A stretch of DNA of 64,000 bases from Lama glama. Lineage: Eukaryota. The DNA is taken from assembly GCA_028534125.1 (NCBI GenBank), contig CM052816.1, positions 21,268,001 to 21,332,000 of the forward strand, written 5' to 3'. Made by a program: the position numbers and the translations under genes. Under the pieces are notes generated by a model. The model searched no databases. It was not told the DNA's origin and was given only the letters and a program-made list of their open reading frames with translations. Of the stretch, positions 41,910 through 59,081 are shown in pieces (within the stretch, counting starts at the first letter, position 1; every line of letters begins with the position of its first letter).

Positions 41910-41964
41910 TTCTGACCCTCTTATCCAAGCACCACTCAAGGTGGTTTCTGAAAAAATTGATCAC

Positions 41965-43105
41965 TTTTTTAAACTGTGGGAAAAACATAAAATTTAACAT
42001 CTTAATATTTTCTTAATATTTTTAAGTGTACAGTACAGTAGTGTTAACTATATGCACACTGTTGTGCAACAGAGCTCTAAAACTTTTTCATTGTGCAAAA
42101 CCAACACTCTGTACCCACTGAACAACTCCCCTTCTCCCTCCATCACCCCCACCAGTCGCCTGGCTTCTGGCTGCTTTGAATCTCCATTCTATATACTTCC
42201 TAAGAGTTTGACAACTTTGGATACTTCACGTAAGTAGACCATGCACTATTTGTCTTTTGTGACTAGTTTATTTCACTTAGTGTAATAAACTCAAGGTTCA
42301 TCAAGTCGTAACATATGAGATGTCCTTTTTAAAAGATAAATAATATTCCATTATACATATATCAAATTTCCTTTATTTCTTCATCCATGAATACTTGTTT
42401 ACTTTCACCTCTTGGCTACTATGAATAATGCTGCAATGAACAAGGATTAGCAAATACCTCTTCAAGATCATGTTTTTAATGCATTTAAATGTATACTCAG
42501 AAGTGGAATTGCTGGATCATCCAGTAATTCTTAACTTTTTGAAAAGCCTCCAGGTTTTCTATAGTAACTGCACCATTTTATGTTCCCACTAATAATTCAT
42601 AGGGTTCCAATTTCTCAATATCGTCACCAACACTTGTTATTTTCTGTTTTTTTGATAGTAATGTCATCCTAACTGGTGTGAAGGGATATATCACTGTGGT
42701 TCTGATTTGCATTTCCCTGATGATTAGTGATTTTGAGCATCTTTCCATGTGCTCGTTGGCCATTTGTACATCTTCTGTGGAGAAAAGTCTATTCAAGTCC
42801 TTTGCCCATTTTCTAATCTGGGTATTTGTTTTTTTATTATTGAGTTGAAGGAGTTATTATTCTGGATAGTATCAAATATATAGTTTACAAATATTTTCTC
42901 CCATTCTGTGGATTGCCTTTTCCCTCTGATGATCATCTCCTTTGCTATTTAGACATTTTTAAGTTTGATGTAGTCCCATTTGTCTATTTTTGCTTCTGTT
43001 GTCTGTGCTTTTGGTGTCAAACCCAAGAAATCTTTGCTAATTTCAATATAATGAAGCTTTCCCCCTATGTTATCTTCTAGGAGTTTGATAGTTTCAGATC
43101 TCACT
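41965..43105 (-). mobile_element. LINE-1 3' portion (L1MA/MB-type)
   Basis: Minus-strand ORF2 remnant [23 protein letters not shown] and 3' UTR. Confidence 0.85.
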
Positions 43106-43311
43106 TTTTATAAAGGAGAATTTTAATCTTAACTTAGTTCTGCAAACTTTCAAGGAATAAGAGGTCCAAATTACCATGTTACCATTTTACTTAATTTGTA
43201 AAATACAGGACAAAGTCAATGAATAAGACATACCATTTCATGACAATAAATGATCTTAAAATAATTATGAAATAAGAGCTCTACTACATCTTCAAATGTT
43301 ATAAGTACTTA

Positions 43312-43470
<159 letters not shown>

Positions 43471-43910
43471 CTAAAGGAGAAAAAAAATCTTTAAAAAATT
43501 AAGCTCATTATCTCCACATTACATAAAGAACAAAAATAAATTTCAGATTGATTCAACTTTTAGGCTTAAAAAATAGAACTATAAAAATGTAAGAAAATAT
43601 AAGATTTCTTAAAGTCTTAAAGTGGGGGTGGACCTCCTAAGCCATAAGAGAAAAAAATTAAAACTTCTGTATAGTAATCAATAAAAATTAATAGCAATTT
43701 CTATGTATGTGCTTATATATACTTCTCCATTTTTTTTGTAATTAGAAAATAGTTTTTAAGCTTGACAGTCCATTTTTAGAGTATTAAGCTCACTTAATCT
43801 CCAAAATATAAAGACAATACCAACTAGATACTGCACAGAGTAACAATTATAAATGTAAAATAAGCTATTTTAAATACCAGAAAGTATAATTAGAACAAAA
43901 AGAAAGGTCA

Positions 43911-44108
<198 letters not shown>

Positions 44109-45037
44109 TCAAACAAATGCACAGGTTTATATAGTTGTGTTAAAATAATCACAAAGTGTATTAGAAATCAGCTAGTTCTCAGAATGGTCAAAATATTACT
44201 GTATCCTTTTATACAACAACAGAAAAAACAAAGGGAATAAGATTTTTAAGAAAAAAATCTTACAAAGTTACCTTACTATGTTATAATGGTAGAGAATTAG
44301 TAAATAAATCTGGAAGGGTCAAACAGGAGGGAAATACGAGAATTAGTGCAAAATTAAGAGAAATACGTTGACCTGTACAGTTTAGTGACTCTTTAGTCAA
44401 TAATTAAGCATTTATAAAGTACCTATGTAACTGAATACACTGCCTGGCATATAGAAACTAAGAATAGTGTGGTGTGGTCCCTGACCAGTATCTCCCCATC
44501 ACAACAGGGTAATACTGTGATAAAGTGATAAACTGACAAAAATGTATGCTATATGGTTAAGTTTGGGAGCAAAAAGAAATATTTAAATTATCAAGATGTG
44601 ATCTGAAAGGGGGATTTGCCAAGCTTTTAGGATGCTTATTTTGGTAGTAAAGATGTGAAGGCAAGGGACAGATTAGAAACAAGGAAGAAATTTTGGAAAT
44701 TCATGAAAGGAAGAGGTGGGCTAAGAAACTTTCTCCATGGAAAAAGTGATAACATGGTAATAATCATATAAAACCTAATGTGTGGAACCTAAAGGGAAAA
44801 AAACTTTTTTTTTAACTTAGATAAGTGGCTCTTAACCAAGGTATCATAAGAATCACCTAGTTTTGTTTTGAACACACATTTCCATGCCCCACTCTTAGAG
44901 ATTTTTATTTGGAAGGTCTAAGGTCTAAGAAAAGGTACTTTTTAAAAGCTTCCTTAGGTAATTCTAATTTTCAGTCCACCAAATTCCAGGACAAGAGTTA
45001 GGTGATTAAGAATTTTAATTAAGAAGTCATAATCTTA

Positions 45038-45334
<297 letters not shown>

Positions 45335-45396
45335 CTAAATACATATGAGAAGAATGAGCATTAACAATCTTTTTCACTAAAAAAATTATTTAAGAA

Positions 45397-45560
45397 GGGT
45401 AGAGGGCTCAAGTGGTAGAGTGCATGCTTAGCATGCACAATGTCCTGGGTTCAGTCCCAGTACTCAAAAATAAATAAACCTAATTACCTCCCTTCCCTGC
45501 CAAAATAAAAAAATAAATAATTAAGCAATACAATAATAAATAAATAAAATATTTAAAAAA
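45397..45560 (+). mobile_element. tRNA-Ala-derived SINE, longer-tailed variant
   Basis: GCTCAAGTGGTAGAGTGCATGCTTAGCATGCACAATGTCCTGGGTTCAGTCCCAG, then AAACCTAATTACCTCCC and an (AAAT)n tail. Confidence 0.8.
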
Positions 45561-45910
45561 AAATTCATTAAGAAAGTTTCTTCACTGCAAAAGTAACACA
45601 TGCACACTGAGGAAAATACAGCCAAGTATGAAAAAAATGTAACAACAATCTCCCAGAGATAATCATTATTAACTCTGAGCAAACTTGTTCTATATGATTA
45701 GCTTTAAAAAGGAAATTTACCCCCCCAAAAAACAAAACCAAAAACAAAAAAAAATAGGCCTCTATTTTCTTCGTATTTTTAACATTACAAACTTTTAAAA
45801 ACTTTGCTTCCATGAAGGTTTTTTTCCTAGTTCATAGCAAATTTTATTCTAACACTAATTCAAAAATATGACAAAATAAGGTCCACCCTAAATTTAAAAC
45901 AATTCTACTA

Positions 45911-46410
<500 letters not shown>

Positions 46411-46829
46411 AATCTGCAAAACAATAGTATAATATCACAAGGATACTGACAGAGATATAATCCATCAATCTTATTCAGGTTTCCCCAGTTTTACTCATGT
46501 GTGTTTGTATTAAGTTTTATGTAATTTTATCGACTGTGTAGGTTCATATATACAACATGACAGTCAAGATACTGAACAGTTCCAATACCACAAGAATCTC
46601 TCTTATTGTTTTTAAAACCATAACCACACTAACCTTTCTCCTGCCCCTCCTCCTACTGGGTATCCCTGGCAATCACTAATCTAGTTCTGTATTTCTAAAA
46701 TTTTGGCATTTCCAAATGTTATATAAAATGGAAACACACTCTACATAATCTTTTGAGATTGACTTTTCTTCACTCAGTGTAATTCCACGGAGACTCATCA
46801 TTTATGTATGCAGAAAATGCGTAATACTA

Positions 46830-47015
<186 letters not shown>

Positions 47016-47253
47016 CTATGTAGAACCAAAATGAAGATGTTTAATAAGTAACGGGAAATACAAGGTATCACTCTGAGGTACAAAATACCAAAGCTTATTC
47101 AGTATCCTTCCTTTTAATGTAAGCATGGAAGTAACACAAACTTCAAAATGTGTATGTTTGTTTCAAAATATGAAGGGCAAAACAGAATCAAATGAGGTTC
47201 ATTACACTAAACCTCAAAATTCTGAAGGAGAACAAAATTCTACTACCACAAAC

Positions 47254-47382
47254 CTTTTCCATTTTCTGCTCCAGTTCACTATTATCTTTTTCCATCTGCC
47301 TCTTCCGGCTATCCAAGGCTTTAATTTCATTGTCGAGTCTCATGATTTTAGAGAGATTTTGTTCAATTTCTTTTAGACGATC
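47254..47382 (-). CDS. RAD50: RAD50 exon 6 (129 nt)
   Basis: [46 protein letters not shown] acceptor, GTTTGT donor. Confidence 0.97.
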
Positions 47383-48411
47383 CTGAAAATAAACACTGTT
47401 CTTAATAAAATTCACTATAGTTTACACTGTAAATAATTAAAGATAATAAGATGTCCCAGGGCCACGCACTTAGTAAAAGTGATCTCATTTAATGCTAACA
47501 ATGCTATAAAGGGGGCAGAGAGAAACTGAGGATCAGAGACATTAAGTAAGTTGTCCAACTCCTCACAGCTAGTAAAGAAAAGCAGGAGTTAAACTCCATT
47601 ACCAACTCCAAAGCCCATCCCTTGCCCTCAACACCTCCCATAAAAATCATTCATTCATTGGGTACTTACAGCTACATTATCACATTATCACAAATGTGAT
47701 AAAAGTATCACATTTTAAGAACTTACTCCTTAAAGGTTAACTATTAAGCTTATTAAAAAAGAAAACAGAACTACTGCATGGACTAGAAACTCATGGTGTG
47801 TCACCAGTGCATCCTGAGCCTGTAGGTAAATTTACATGGAAAACTATATTTTGATTCAAAGTCTGCTCAAGCACAGAGGACTGAGAACAAGTGAAGTGCG
47901 ACAAACGATCTCAGTGGCCTGCTTCCAGGGACAGGTGGTTACCTTATGAGGAACATGAGTGACCTGGCTCAGAGTATTCTCTCCTTGAATGATGTTGGGA
48001 TACTCTTCCAGGGTTTGCCTCTATGATTCCAAGGCTGACCAATTCCTTTTCTAAGCCATTTTTAGAATGTAATTTTTTAACTAACATCATTATTACAGAT
48101 ATTAGTTGTAGGCCTTCATAGCTGCATCAAAATGCATCCTTAACTTCAATGTCATTTAATAAAATTATACTAATACCATATTTTGTGATTTGTATACTAA
48201 TGGGTAGCATGTAATCACCATAGAAACTTTAACTTTGTTCACTAATGCATCCCCAGGACATGTAACAGGTGTTCAGTATGTTAGCTGAATGAGAGATCTG
48301 AAAAAGTAATTTTACCAACAATAATAGTCACAGCTATCACTGACTAAATACCTCCACTGCAGACACTGTACTAAGTGCTGCTGTACATTCTCTCTAATCA
48401 TCACGACACTA

Positions 48412-50175
48412 CAGGCAAACCTCAGAGATTCAGCAGGTTCAGTTGCAGATCACTACAATAAAGTGAGTATCACCATAAAACAAGTCAAATGAATTTTTTT
48501 GGCTTCACAGTGCATATGAAAACAGTTTACACAATACTGTAGAAGTATGCAATAGTATTACATCTAAAAAAACCACAATGTTCACTTTTTGACCTCTTCC
48601 CCTGAATCATGAATGTTCTTAATGACATCTAGAATGGTGAATCCTTTCCAGAAGGTTTTCAATTTACCCAGATCCGTATTGGGATCACGTTTATGGCAGC
48701 AAGAGCCTTATGAAATGTGTTTCTTCAAAAAAAATTGAAAGTCAAAGTGACTCTTTGATCTATGGGCTGTAGAATGGATGTTGTGTTAGCAGGCATGAAA
48801 ACGACGTGAATCTCATGTTCATTTCCATCATAGCTCTTGAGTGACCAGATTCATGGTTAATAAGCAGTAATAGTTTGGAAAAAAATTCTTTTTTTTTTTT
48901 TTTTACTGAGCAATAGATCTCAACAGTGAGTTTAAAATATTCAGTAAACCATGTTGTAAACAGATGTGCTGTCATCCAGCCTTTGTTGCTCCATTTACGG
49001 AGCACAGGCACAGTAGATTTAGCGTAATTCTTAACGGCCCTAGGACTTCTGGTATGGTAAATGAGCACTGGCTTCCACTTAAAGTCACAAGCTGCATTAG
49101 TCCCTAACAACAACCGTGAGCCTGTCCTTGGAAACTCTGAAGCCAGGTATTAACTTCTCCTTTCTAGCTATGAATGTCCTAGATGCCATCTCCTTCCAAT
49201 AAAAGGCTGTTTTGTCTCCACTGAAAATCTGCTGGGTAGTGTAGACACCTTCATTGATAATCTTAACTAGATCTTCTGGATGACTTGCTCTAGCTTCTAC
49301 ATCAGTACTTCCTGCTTCACCTTGCACTTTTATGTTACAGAGATGGCTTCTTTCCTTAAATCTCAAGAATCAACCTCTGCTATTTTCAAACTTGTCTTCT
49401 ACAGCTTCCTTACCTCTCTTGGCCTTCACAAAATTGAAGAGAGTTAGGACCTTGCTCTGGATTAGGCTTTGACTTAAGGGAATGTTGTGGCTGTTTTGAT
49501 CTTCTGACCACTAAAACCTTCTCCACATCAACACTAAGCCTGTTGCACATTCTTATCATTTGTATGTTTACTGGAGTAGCACTTTTAATTTCCTCTGAGA
49601 ACTTTGCTTTGCATTCACAACTTGGCTAATGAATCGGCAGAAGAGGCCTAGCTTTCAGCCTGTCTTGGCTTTTCATATACCTTCCTTACTAAGCTAATCA
49701 TTCTTAGCTTTTGATTTAAAGTGAGAGACGTGTGACTCTTCCTTTCACTTGAAGACTCAGAGGTCACTGTAGGATTGGTTTAATTTCAATATTGTTGTGT
49801 CTCAGGGAGTAGAAAGGCTCAAGGAAACAGAGAAAGATGGGGGAAATGGCTGGTCAGTAGAGCAGTCAGAACACACACAACATTTATCAATTAAAGTCAC
49901 TGTTTTATATGAGGATTCTGACTGCTCTACCCCCCAAAAATTTCAATAGTAATATCAAAGATCACTGATCATAGATCACCACAATAAATATAATAATGAT
50001 AAAGACTGAAATATTGCAACACTTACCTCAACATAACACAGAAAAACAAAGTGAGCAAATGCGACTGGAAAAAAGGCACCAATAGACCTGCTTTAATGTA
50101 GGGTTGCTGTGGCACAAACCTTCAATGTGTAAAAAATGCAGTATCTACAAAGCACAATAAGGAGAAGCATACCCA
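48412..50175 (-). mobile_element. Tigger1 (pogo-like) DNA transposon with broken transposase
   Basis: TA|CAGGCAAACCTC terminus; minus ORFs with [23 protein letters not shown]...SKDRLT and [17 protein letters not shown]...[11 protein letters not shown]; frameshifted. Confidence 0.9.
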
Positions 50176-50279
50176 TACAGGCTAAGTAGGAGACTCAGAG
50201 GACTTGCATAAAGCTATGTACTTAAAAATGGGAGATGAGATTGGGAGGCAGGGTGGTATAACAATAAAGACTGTAGGCT

Positions 50280-52463
50280 CTGCTTATCGCTAAAATCTGG
50301 AACAAGACAAGGATGCCCACTCTCACCACTTCTATTCAACACAGCATTGGAAATCTTAGCCATAGCACCAGACAAGAAAAAAAATGTAAAACGGATCCAA
50401 ATTGGAAGAGAAGAGGTAAAATTATGACTACATGCAGATGACATGATACAATATATAGAAAATCCCAAAGGCTCCACACAAAAACTACTACCGCTGACAA
50501 AAGAACTTGGCAAGGTAGCAGGATACAAGATTAACATACAGAAATCAGTTGTATTTCTTTACAGTAACAATGAAAGATCAGAAAAGTTAAGTAAAAAAAA
50601 AAAATCCCTTTTAAAATTGCATCCAAAAAAATAAAATACTTAGGAGTAAATCTGACCAACAAGGTGAAATACTTACACATGGAGAACTACAAAACACTGA
50701 CTAAGGAAATTGAAGATGATTTTAAAGAAATGGAAAGATATCCCATGCTCTTGGATTGAAAGAATTATTATTGTTTAAATGGCCATACTACCCAAAGCAA
50801 TCTGCGGTTTAATGAAATACCTATCAAATTACCCAGGACATTTTTCACAGAACGAATAATCCTAACATTTATATGGAATCACAAAAGACCGAGAATTGTC
50901 AAAGCAATATTGAAGAAAAAGAACGAAGCTGGAGAAATAACCCTCCCAGACTTCAGACAATACTTCAGAGTTACAGAAATCAAAACAGCATGGTATTGGT
51001 GCAAAAACAGGCACATAGATCAACGAAACAGAATAGAGAGCCCAGAAATAAACCCGCAAATTTTTGGTAAATTAATCTTTGACAAAGGAGGCAAGAACAT
51101 ACAATGGAGTAAAGACAGTCTCTTCAGCAAGTGGTGTTGGGAAAGCTAGACAGCCGCATGTAAATCAATGAAGTTAGAACACTCCCTCACACCATACACA
51201 AAAATAAACTCAAAATGGCTTAGACTTAAACATTAGACAAGACAAAACTCCTACAAGAGAACATAGGTAAAACATTCTTTGACATAAACCTTAGCAATGT
51301 TCTCCTAGGGCAGTCTACCCAGGCAACAGAAATAAAGGCAAAAATAAACAAATGGGATCTAATTAAACTTAAAAGCTTTTGCACAGCAAAGGAAACTATA
51401 AACAAAACAAAAAGACAACTTATGGAATGGGAAAAAGTATTTGCAAATGATGTGAATGACAAGGGCTTAAGCTCCAAAATATGCAAAAAAGCTCATACAA
51501 CTTAACAAAAAACAAACAACCTAATCCAAAAATGGGCAAAAGAGCTAAACAAACAATTTTCCAGTGAAGACATACAAATGGCTAATAAGCACATGAAAAA
51601 AATTGCTCAGTATCACTAATTATCAGAGAAATGCAAATCAAAACTACAATGATATATCACCTTATACCAGTCAGAATGGCCAACATTAAAAAGTCCACAA
51701 ACAATAAACGCTACAGAGGGTGTAGAGAAGAAGGAACCCTCCTAAAGTGTTGGTGGGAATGTAGTTTGGTGTAGCCATTTTGGAAAACAGTACAGAGATC
51801 CCTTAAAAAACTAAAAATAGACTTACCATGATTCAGCAATCCTACACCTGGGCATGTATCTGGAAGAAACTCTGATTCAAATGGTACATGCACCCAGTGT
51901 TCATAGCAGCATTGTTTATATTAGCTAAGACATGGAAACAACCTAAAAGTCCATCAACAGATAACAGGATAAAGAAGTTGTACTATATTTGTACAATGGA
52001 ATACTACTCAGTGATAAAAAAGAATAAAATAATGCCATTTGCAGCAACATGGATGGACCTGGAGATCATCATTTTAAGTGAAGTAAACAAGAAAGAGAAA
52101 GAAAAACACCGTATCACTCATATGAGGAATCTAAAAAAAAACACACAAATGAACTTATTTACAAAACAGAAACAGACTTGGTTACCAGGGTAGGATGGGG
52201 ATGGGAAGGAATAAATTGGGAATTTGAGATTTACAAATGCTAACAACTATATATGGGATAAACAACAAGCTTATACTGTATAGCACGTGGAACTGTATTT
52301 AATATCTTGTAGTAACCTATAATGAAGAATATGAAAAGGAATACATGTATGTATATGTATGACTGAAACATCATGCTGTACACCAGAAATTGATGCAACC
52401 CTATAAACTGACTATACTTCAATTAAAAAAAAAAGAAAAAAAAAGAAAGAAAAGAAAAGAAAA
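50280..52463 (+). mobile_element. Relatively young 5'-truncated L1 (RT to 3' UTR and A-rich tail)
   Basis: Perfect 14-nt TSD AAAGACTGTAGGCT at 50266-50279 and 52464-52477; RT motifs [14 protein letters not shown] and HADDMI; multiple frameshifts. Confidence 0.93.
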
Positions 52464-52479
52464 AAAGACTGTAGGCTGT

Positions 52480-53785
52480 GGGCACTGGAATGATTGGATG
52501 TCTGTATGTAAAGAAGTAAACCTCAACCTTACCTCACACCATATTCAAAAATTAACCTGAAAGTGGGGCATATACTTCAACATAAAAATCCAACCTATAA
52601 AAACCTCAAGAAAACACAGAAGAAAATCTTTATGACCTTGGGTCAGGCAAATATTTCCTAGATAAGAAAAACAAAAAGCAAAAACTAAGAACAAAATTTG
52701 ATAAACTAGACTTAATCAAAATTAAAAACTCCTGACCTTTGGAAAGTAGGAAAGAAAATAAAATATCTGCAAAACACATATCTGACTAGGATTTGTATCC
52801 ATATTACATAAATAACTGCCACAGCTTCGATAATAAGACAAAAAAAAAAACCCCAAAACCTACTGAAAATAGGCAAAAGATTGGAATAGACACTTTACCA
52901 AAGATATTCAGATGGCAAATAAACATATAAAAAGATTCTCAACATCCATTAACATAGGAAAATGCAAATTAAAACCACAATGAGAAAATAATCTACTACA
53001 ATGGCTAAAAGACTGACAACACTAAGTGACAAGAATGAAGCTCAACTACACTCATACATTGTTGTAGGACTACCAAATGGTACAGCCACTTTGAAAAATA
53101 GTCTGACATCTCATAAGGTTAAATATACACTTACCATACAACCTAGTAATCCCATTCCTAGGATATTACCCAAGAGAGATGAAAACATCTCCAAACAAAG
53201 ATCTGTAAACAAAAAATGATAGCACTTCTATTTATAATAGCTAAAAGCTCCTAACAAACCAGTGTCCATCAACCATGGAACGGATGAACAAATTTTACTG
53301 TGTCCATACAACAGAATACCCTCAGCAATAAAAAGGAACAAACTACCTATACATGCAACAACACAGGCAAATTAAAAAGCATTATGCTAAGAAGCCAGAC
53401 ACAAAAGGCTATGTAATGTATGATTCCATTTATGAGGTGTTGTGGAAAAGGCAAAACTATAATGACAGAAAACAAATCAGTGATTACCAAGTGGAGATAG
53501 GGGATTGACTACAAATTGACTTGAGAGAACTTTCTGAGGTTGTGGAAATGTGTACCTTAATTATAGTAGTAGTAATGCTGGGGTTTAGGGAATAGCTCAG
53601 TGTAGAATGCATGTTTAGCATGCTCAAAGTCCTGGGTTCAATCCCCAGTACATTCATTTAAAAAAAAAAAAGTAGTAATGCTACTGTATGCATTCGGCCA
53701 AACTCATCAAACCACACACTTTCAAAAGGATGGATTTTACTATATGCAAATTATATATCAATAAATCTGACTTAAAAAAGAAAAA
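52480..53785 (+). mobile_element. Older L1 3' region (L1M-type)
   Basis: Degenerate ORF2 C-terminus and 3' UTR, AATAAA near 53760. Confidence 0.75.
53580..53670 (+). mobile_element. tRNA-Ala-derived SINE nested in an L1 3' UTR
   Basis: Perfect TSD AGTAGTAATGCT at 53568-53579 and 53671-53682; A and B boxes, A tail. Confidence 0.88.
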
Positions 53786-55789
53786 GGATGGGCTTAGGAA
53801 TCTGAGAGGTCTCAGCTCAAGTCCTGGCTTTACCCTTAACTTCCATTATGAACACCTGTGCCTCAGTTTTCTTGCCTATAAAAGCTCAGGGTTACTATAG
53901 GGCTTACATAATACATTTAAAGTGTTTTGATCAGTGACTTGGGCACACAGTGGCCTTCAATGAAGGGGACCATTCACATTACTCGTAAAAAAAATATTCT
54001 GTGTTCAGAAAATATCTTGAGCGCTGTAACAAAGAGAACTGGATTAATTCTTAAGAGCAATGAATATAACAACTCCGTTATGGTACCCTCCTTGTCAGAA
54101 ATGTCTGAGCTTTTATCAGTGCTTTGACTATGTCTCGGTGGGCATTAACATCATCTTGGCTTGAATCTTTTGTGACATCTCCAGCTGCTTCATTCCTTAA
54201 ATCCAGCCAGTTGCCAGATCCTAGAGATTCCCTCTTTGACATCTGTGTTTTGGATTGAATCCCAAAGTGCAAAACACAGGCTCTATCCTCAGAGCACACA
54301 ACCTATTAAAAGGAGCTAAGACAAGAAGAAAGACAACAAAAAAATATAGCGGCGTGTTTAAAGCGTAGGTGTTAGTGTGAAATAAAACAAAAGAATCAGA
54401 CAATTAGCCTATCTATACAAGGACTATGAACTTATGTATGGAAGAATAAATAAGGGCCAAAGGGTGCTTTTGAACTTGAAAACAAATTTCTCAAGCAATT
54501 TCCACTGAAGGCAAGAAAGGAAAACAGGCCTAAGTGCGTTAAGTTCAGGATAGGATGTGGTAGTATGGGAATAAAGTAAGTTATGAGAGAGATCCTGAAC
54601 ATGGAAGAAATCTGTAAAAATGGAAAAGAATGAATTATAGTACCCTACTGAAATGACACTGTCCTCTGGATGGATGCTGGAAAGGTGATTTGACTCAAAA
54701 TTTATATTGAGTTCTCTGAAAGGAAGAATCCTCATAACTTAGAGCTAAAAAAGGACTTCGGAAATCATTCACTTAATAAATATTTATTGAACCACTGCTA
54801 AGTGCCGGACACTGGGCCAGTCTCTGAAGACACAGAGAATAAGATTGAGCCCTTGGAGAACTAGCCAAAATTAAATATAGATAGAGAACTATACAAACAC
54901 CTCAATGTTTGCTACAGCCTTGGTTAGAATCCTGGCACTGCTCAATAAACACTAGGTATTATCACTTAGCTCTGACATTATTTCCTATATAAATACTCCA
55001 TTTCAACTATAAGGATTTCCTTGATATTATTCAAAAATAGCTTGCATTTTACTATCCTTGTGTCTCTAATTACCTATCCATTTCAGGTCAACAAAACCAC
55101 ACCCCAAATTCAGTTCTATGAAATCCTCTCTGGCTATCTCAGACAGAAAATTCTCTTCCTCCTCAGAGCTCTCACAGCTCTTGTCTTTTTCTGCCTTCTG
55201 TGTGCTTGTCATCTTTACAACCAGGCTGCCTCTAAGAAAATGTGTTCCAATACCTTGGTGATTATCACAGTAACTAAACACAGTCATGACAACTTGTTCT
55301 AAAATAGAACATACTTTGTCACTCTTTTGTCTACTGAACTACATTCTAAATCCATTAGGTTCTTTATAATCTGACTGCAATTCTTATCTTTCACTTCTTC
55401 TATCCTGATTTACTCAACCAGGCTCTTCCTCACACAATCTTATTTTAACAAGCTTGTACATGAGAATAAATACATATATACATGCGTATATTTGTATACA
55501 CATATATATATTGTATTTTTGCAAAAAAAAAAAACTGCTGGTAGGATACATGTAGGAAGTTAGGGTGAGAAGTGGGAAGAGCATCTCTTACTTTTCAACT
55601 AATAACTCTTCCATAATTTTATGGTGAGCATGTATTACTTTTAAAATACAAAATAAAATGCCTTCTAGTCTGTTAATTTGATTCTTCTCCACTTTTTACG
55701 GCCCAGCCCAGCTCTGAATCTTTCATTGAAAGCCCTGTGATAGATTTCTATTCAAGGCTGTCACTTTGGTACTTTTTTTCCATACCATA

Positions 55790-56780
55790 CACTTCACCTG
55801 TTTCAACATTTTTTAGTATATTCACAGCGTTGTGAAAACATCCCCATAATCTAATCTTATATTTTCACTTCCAAAAAAGAAACCCTGTGCCCCTTAGCAG
55901 TCACTATTCATTTCTCTCTACTCACTACCTTAGGCAACTGCTAATCTATTTTCTGTCTCTATAGATTTGCCTATTCTGGACATTTCAAATTAATGGAATC
56001 ATACAATATGTGGTCTTTTATGGTTGGCTTCTTTCACTTAGCACTTTTTGAGGTTCTTGCCTATTGTACCATGTATCAGAACTTCATTCCTTATAGCTGA
56101 ATTATATTCCATATACGAATATGCCACATTTTATTGATCAGTTAGTTAATGGACATCTGAGTTATTTCCAGTTTTTGGCTATTACAAATAACGCTGCTAT
56201 GAACATTTCTATAGAAGTTTTTGTGTAGATGTATGTTTTAATTGATATTGGGAATAAGACATTTAGTAAAATTGCTAGGTCATATAGCAACTCCATGTTT
56301 AACATTCTGAGGAACTGCTGAACTGTTTTCCAAAATGGCTGTCCCATTTAACATTCCCACCAGCATGTATGAGGGTCCCAATTTCTCCACATCCTTATCA
56401 ATACTTATTATCTATCTTTTTGACTCAACAGCCCATTCTAGTGGGTGTGAAGTGATATCTCATTGTGGTTTTGATTTGCATTTTCCTGATGAATAATAAT
56501 GTCAAGCATCTTTTCATGTGCTTATTGGACACATACATAGCTTCCCTAGAGAAATATCTATTTAGATACTTTGCCCATTTTCAAATTGTTTCCTTTTTTA
56601 AATTGAGTTATAAGGGTTCTTTATATATTCCAGATAAAAGTTCTTTATGAGATTTGTGACTTGCAAATATTTTCTCCCATTCTATGGGGTGTCTTTTTGC
56701 TTTCTTGATGGTATTGTTTGCAGAACAAAAGGTTTTTATTTTGATAAAGTCCAATTAATCCATTTTTCCTTTTCTCACGT
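55790..56780 (-). mobile_element. LINE-1 3' portion (L1MB-type)
   Basis: Antisense ORF2 C-terminus (MFIAALFVIAKNWK) and 3' UTR. Confidence 0.85.
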
Positions 56781-57752
56781 GCCACAGTCTCCATCTTTTA
56801 GCTCCTAAAGAAACTATGCTCTAAACTATATTATTCACACAGCTTTTTACTTTACTTCTTTGTAATCCTAACTATCTTTTAAGAGATATTCCTTGTTTCT
56901 CCAACTAGATTATAAGTTCTTTAAAAACAAGTCTAAGCCTCTGGCTTCCCTATCCCCAAGAGCACTTGGCACAGTAAATATTCACTAAAAGATGCATTCA
57001 TGTCAATGGGCACTGGGAAAGTAAACCAAAGTTTTTCCAGATTAAAATTCAAAGATCTATACCAGTATTTATAGGTAAGTTTTAAAAAACAAGTCATTAA
57101 TTAAAATTTTTTTTCTTAAATCTTTCACTCTCTGAAACTTTAGGAAAGCCATTTTTAAGAATGCTCTTATTTAGACTAAGAACACCTTAAGGGACAAGGA
57201 TGGTGGTGTAGTCCTCCTTGTATCTGTAGCCCCACGTCCAGTACACCCTGGCACACAGGAAACACTAAATAAATGCTTGTGAAGTGAATGAAAGGGTTTC
57301 AAGGTCTTTCTTACAAATCATAGAATTTAGAAAAAAGCTAACTCATTAACAAACATAAGAACATGTTATGTATCAATTACAAATTTTGTGAAATGTCAAG
57401 AACATCCCGCAAATTATTAAAAAATCCCTAGAAAGACCTGCCAATTAAAAAAAAAATCTCAAGAATATAGAACTGTAAAGTTGAGTCATTAACTGTACAT
57501 CATTTAAGTGATGTACATTACTAATTTAATATGATGCTACAAATTTGATTACTGTCAAATCCAAGGTCTTTCAGTTACTTTAAGACTACCCATCTAATAC
57601 AGACCTAAGACATTAACCATAACATAATATAGTCTCTGATAATTTCTTCAAGAAATACACACACCATTCAAATTCACAGAAAAATAGAAGTGCTTTTAGG
57701 GTGAGAGCTACCATAATAAAAGGTAACATTCTCTTTAGGACACAAGAAATCA

Positions 57753-57974
<222 letters not shown>

Positions 57975-58259
57975 TTAAATAAAAGTCAAATTTCTGCCTA
58001 AGTAAATTACAATATATTCAAATAATAGAATATAATGCAATCATTAAGATTACATTTAAAGAGTTTTTAATAACTTAGAAAATACTTGTGACATAACAGT
58101 AAGTAAAAAAGTTACATACATACTGTCAACCAGGTAAATAAAGATGCACAGAAGGAAAACCAAAAGAAACATGCCCACTGGTTGCCATGGATGAGAAGTA
58201 ATAAAAGAAGCATCCAAATTGCAACCACGGCTCAATAACTTAATAGGCTACGAAATCTA

Positions 58260-59081
<822 letters not shown>

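Noticed and set aside
48760..49366. Domesticated TIGD/CENPB-like transposase gene
   Set aside because: Frameshifted, internally deleted and bounded by Tigger1 termini, so a fossil transposon
50280..52463. Active L1 or intact reverse transcriptase
   Set aside because: 5'-truncated with many frameshifts and stops; FADD altered to HADD
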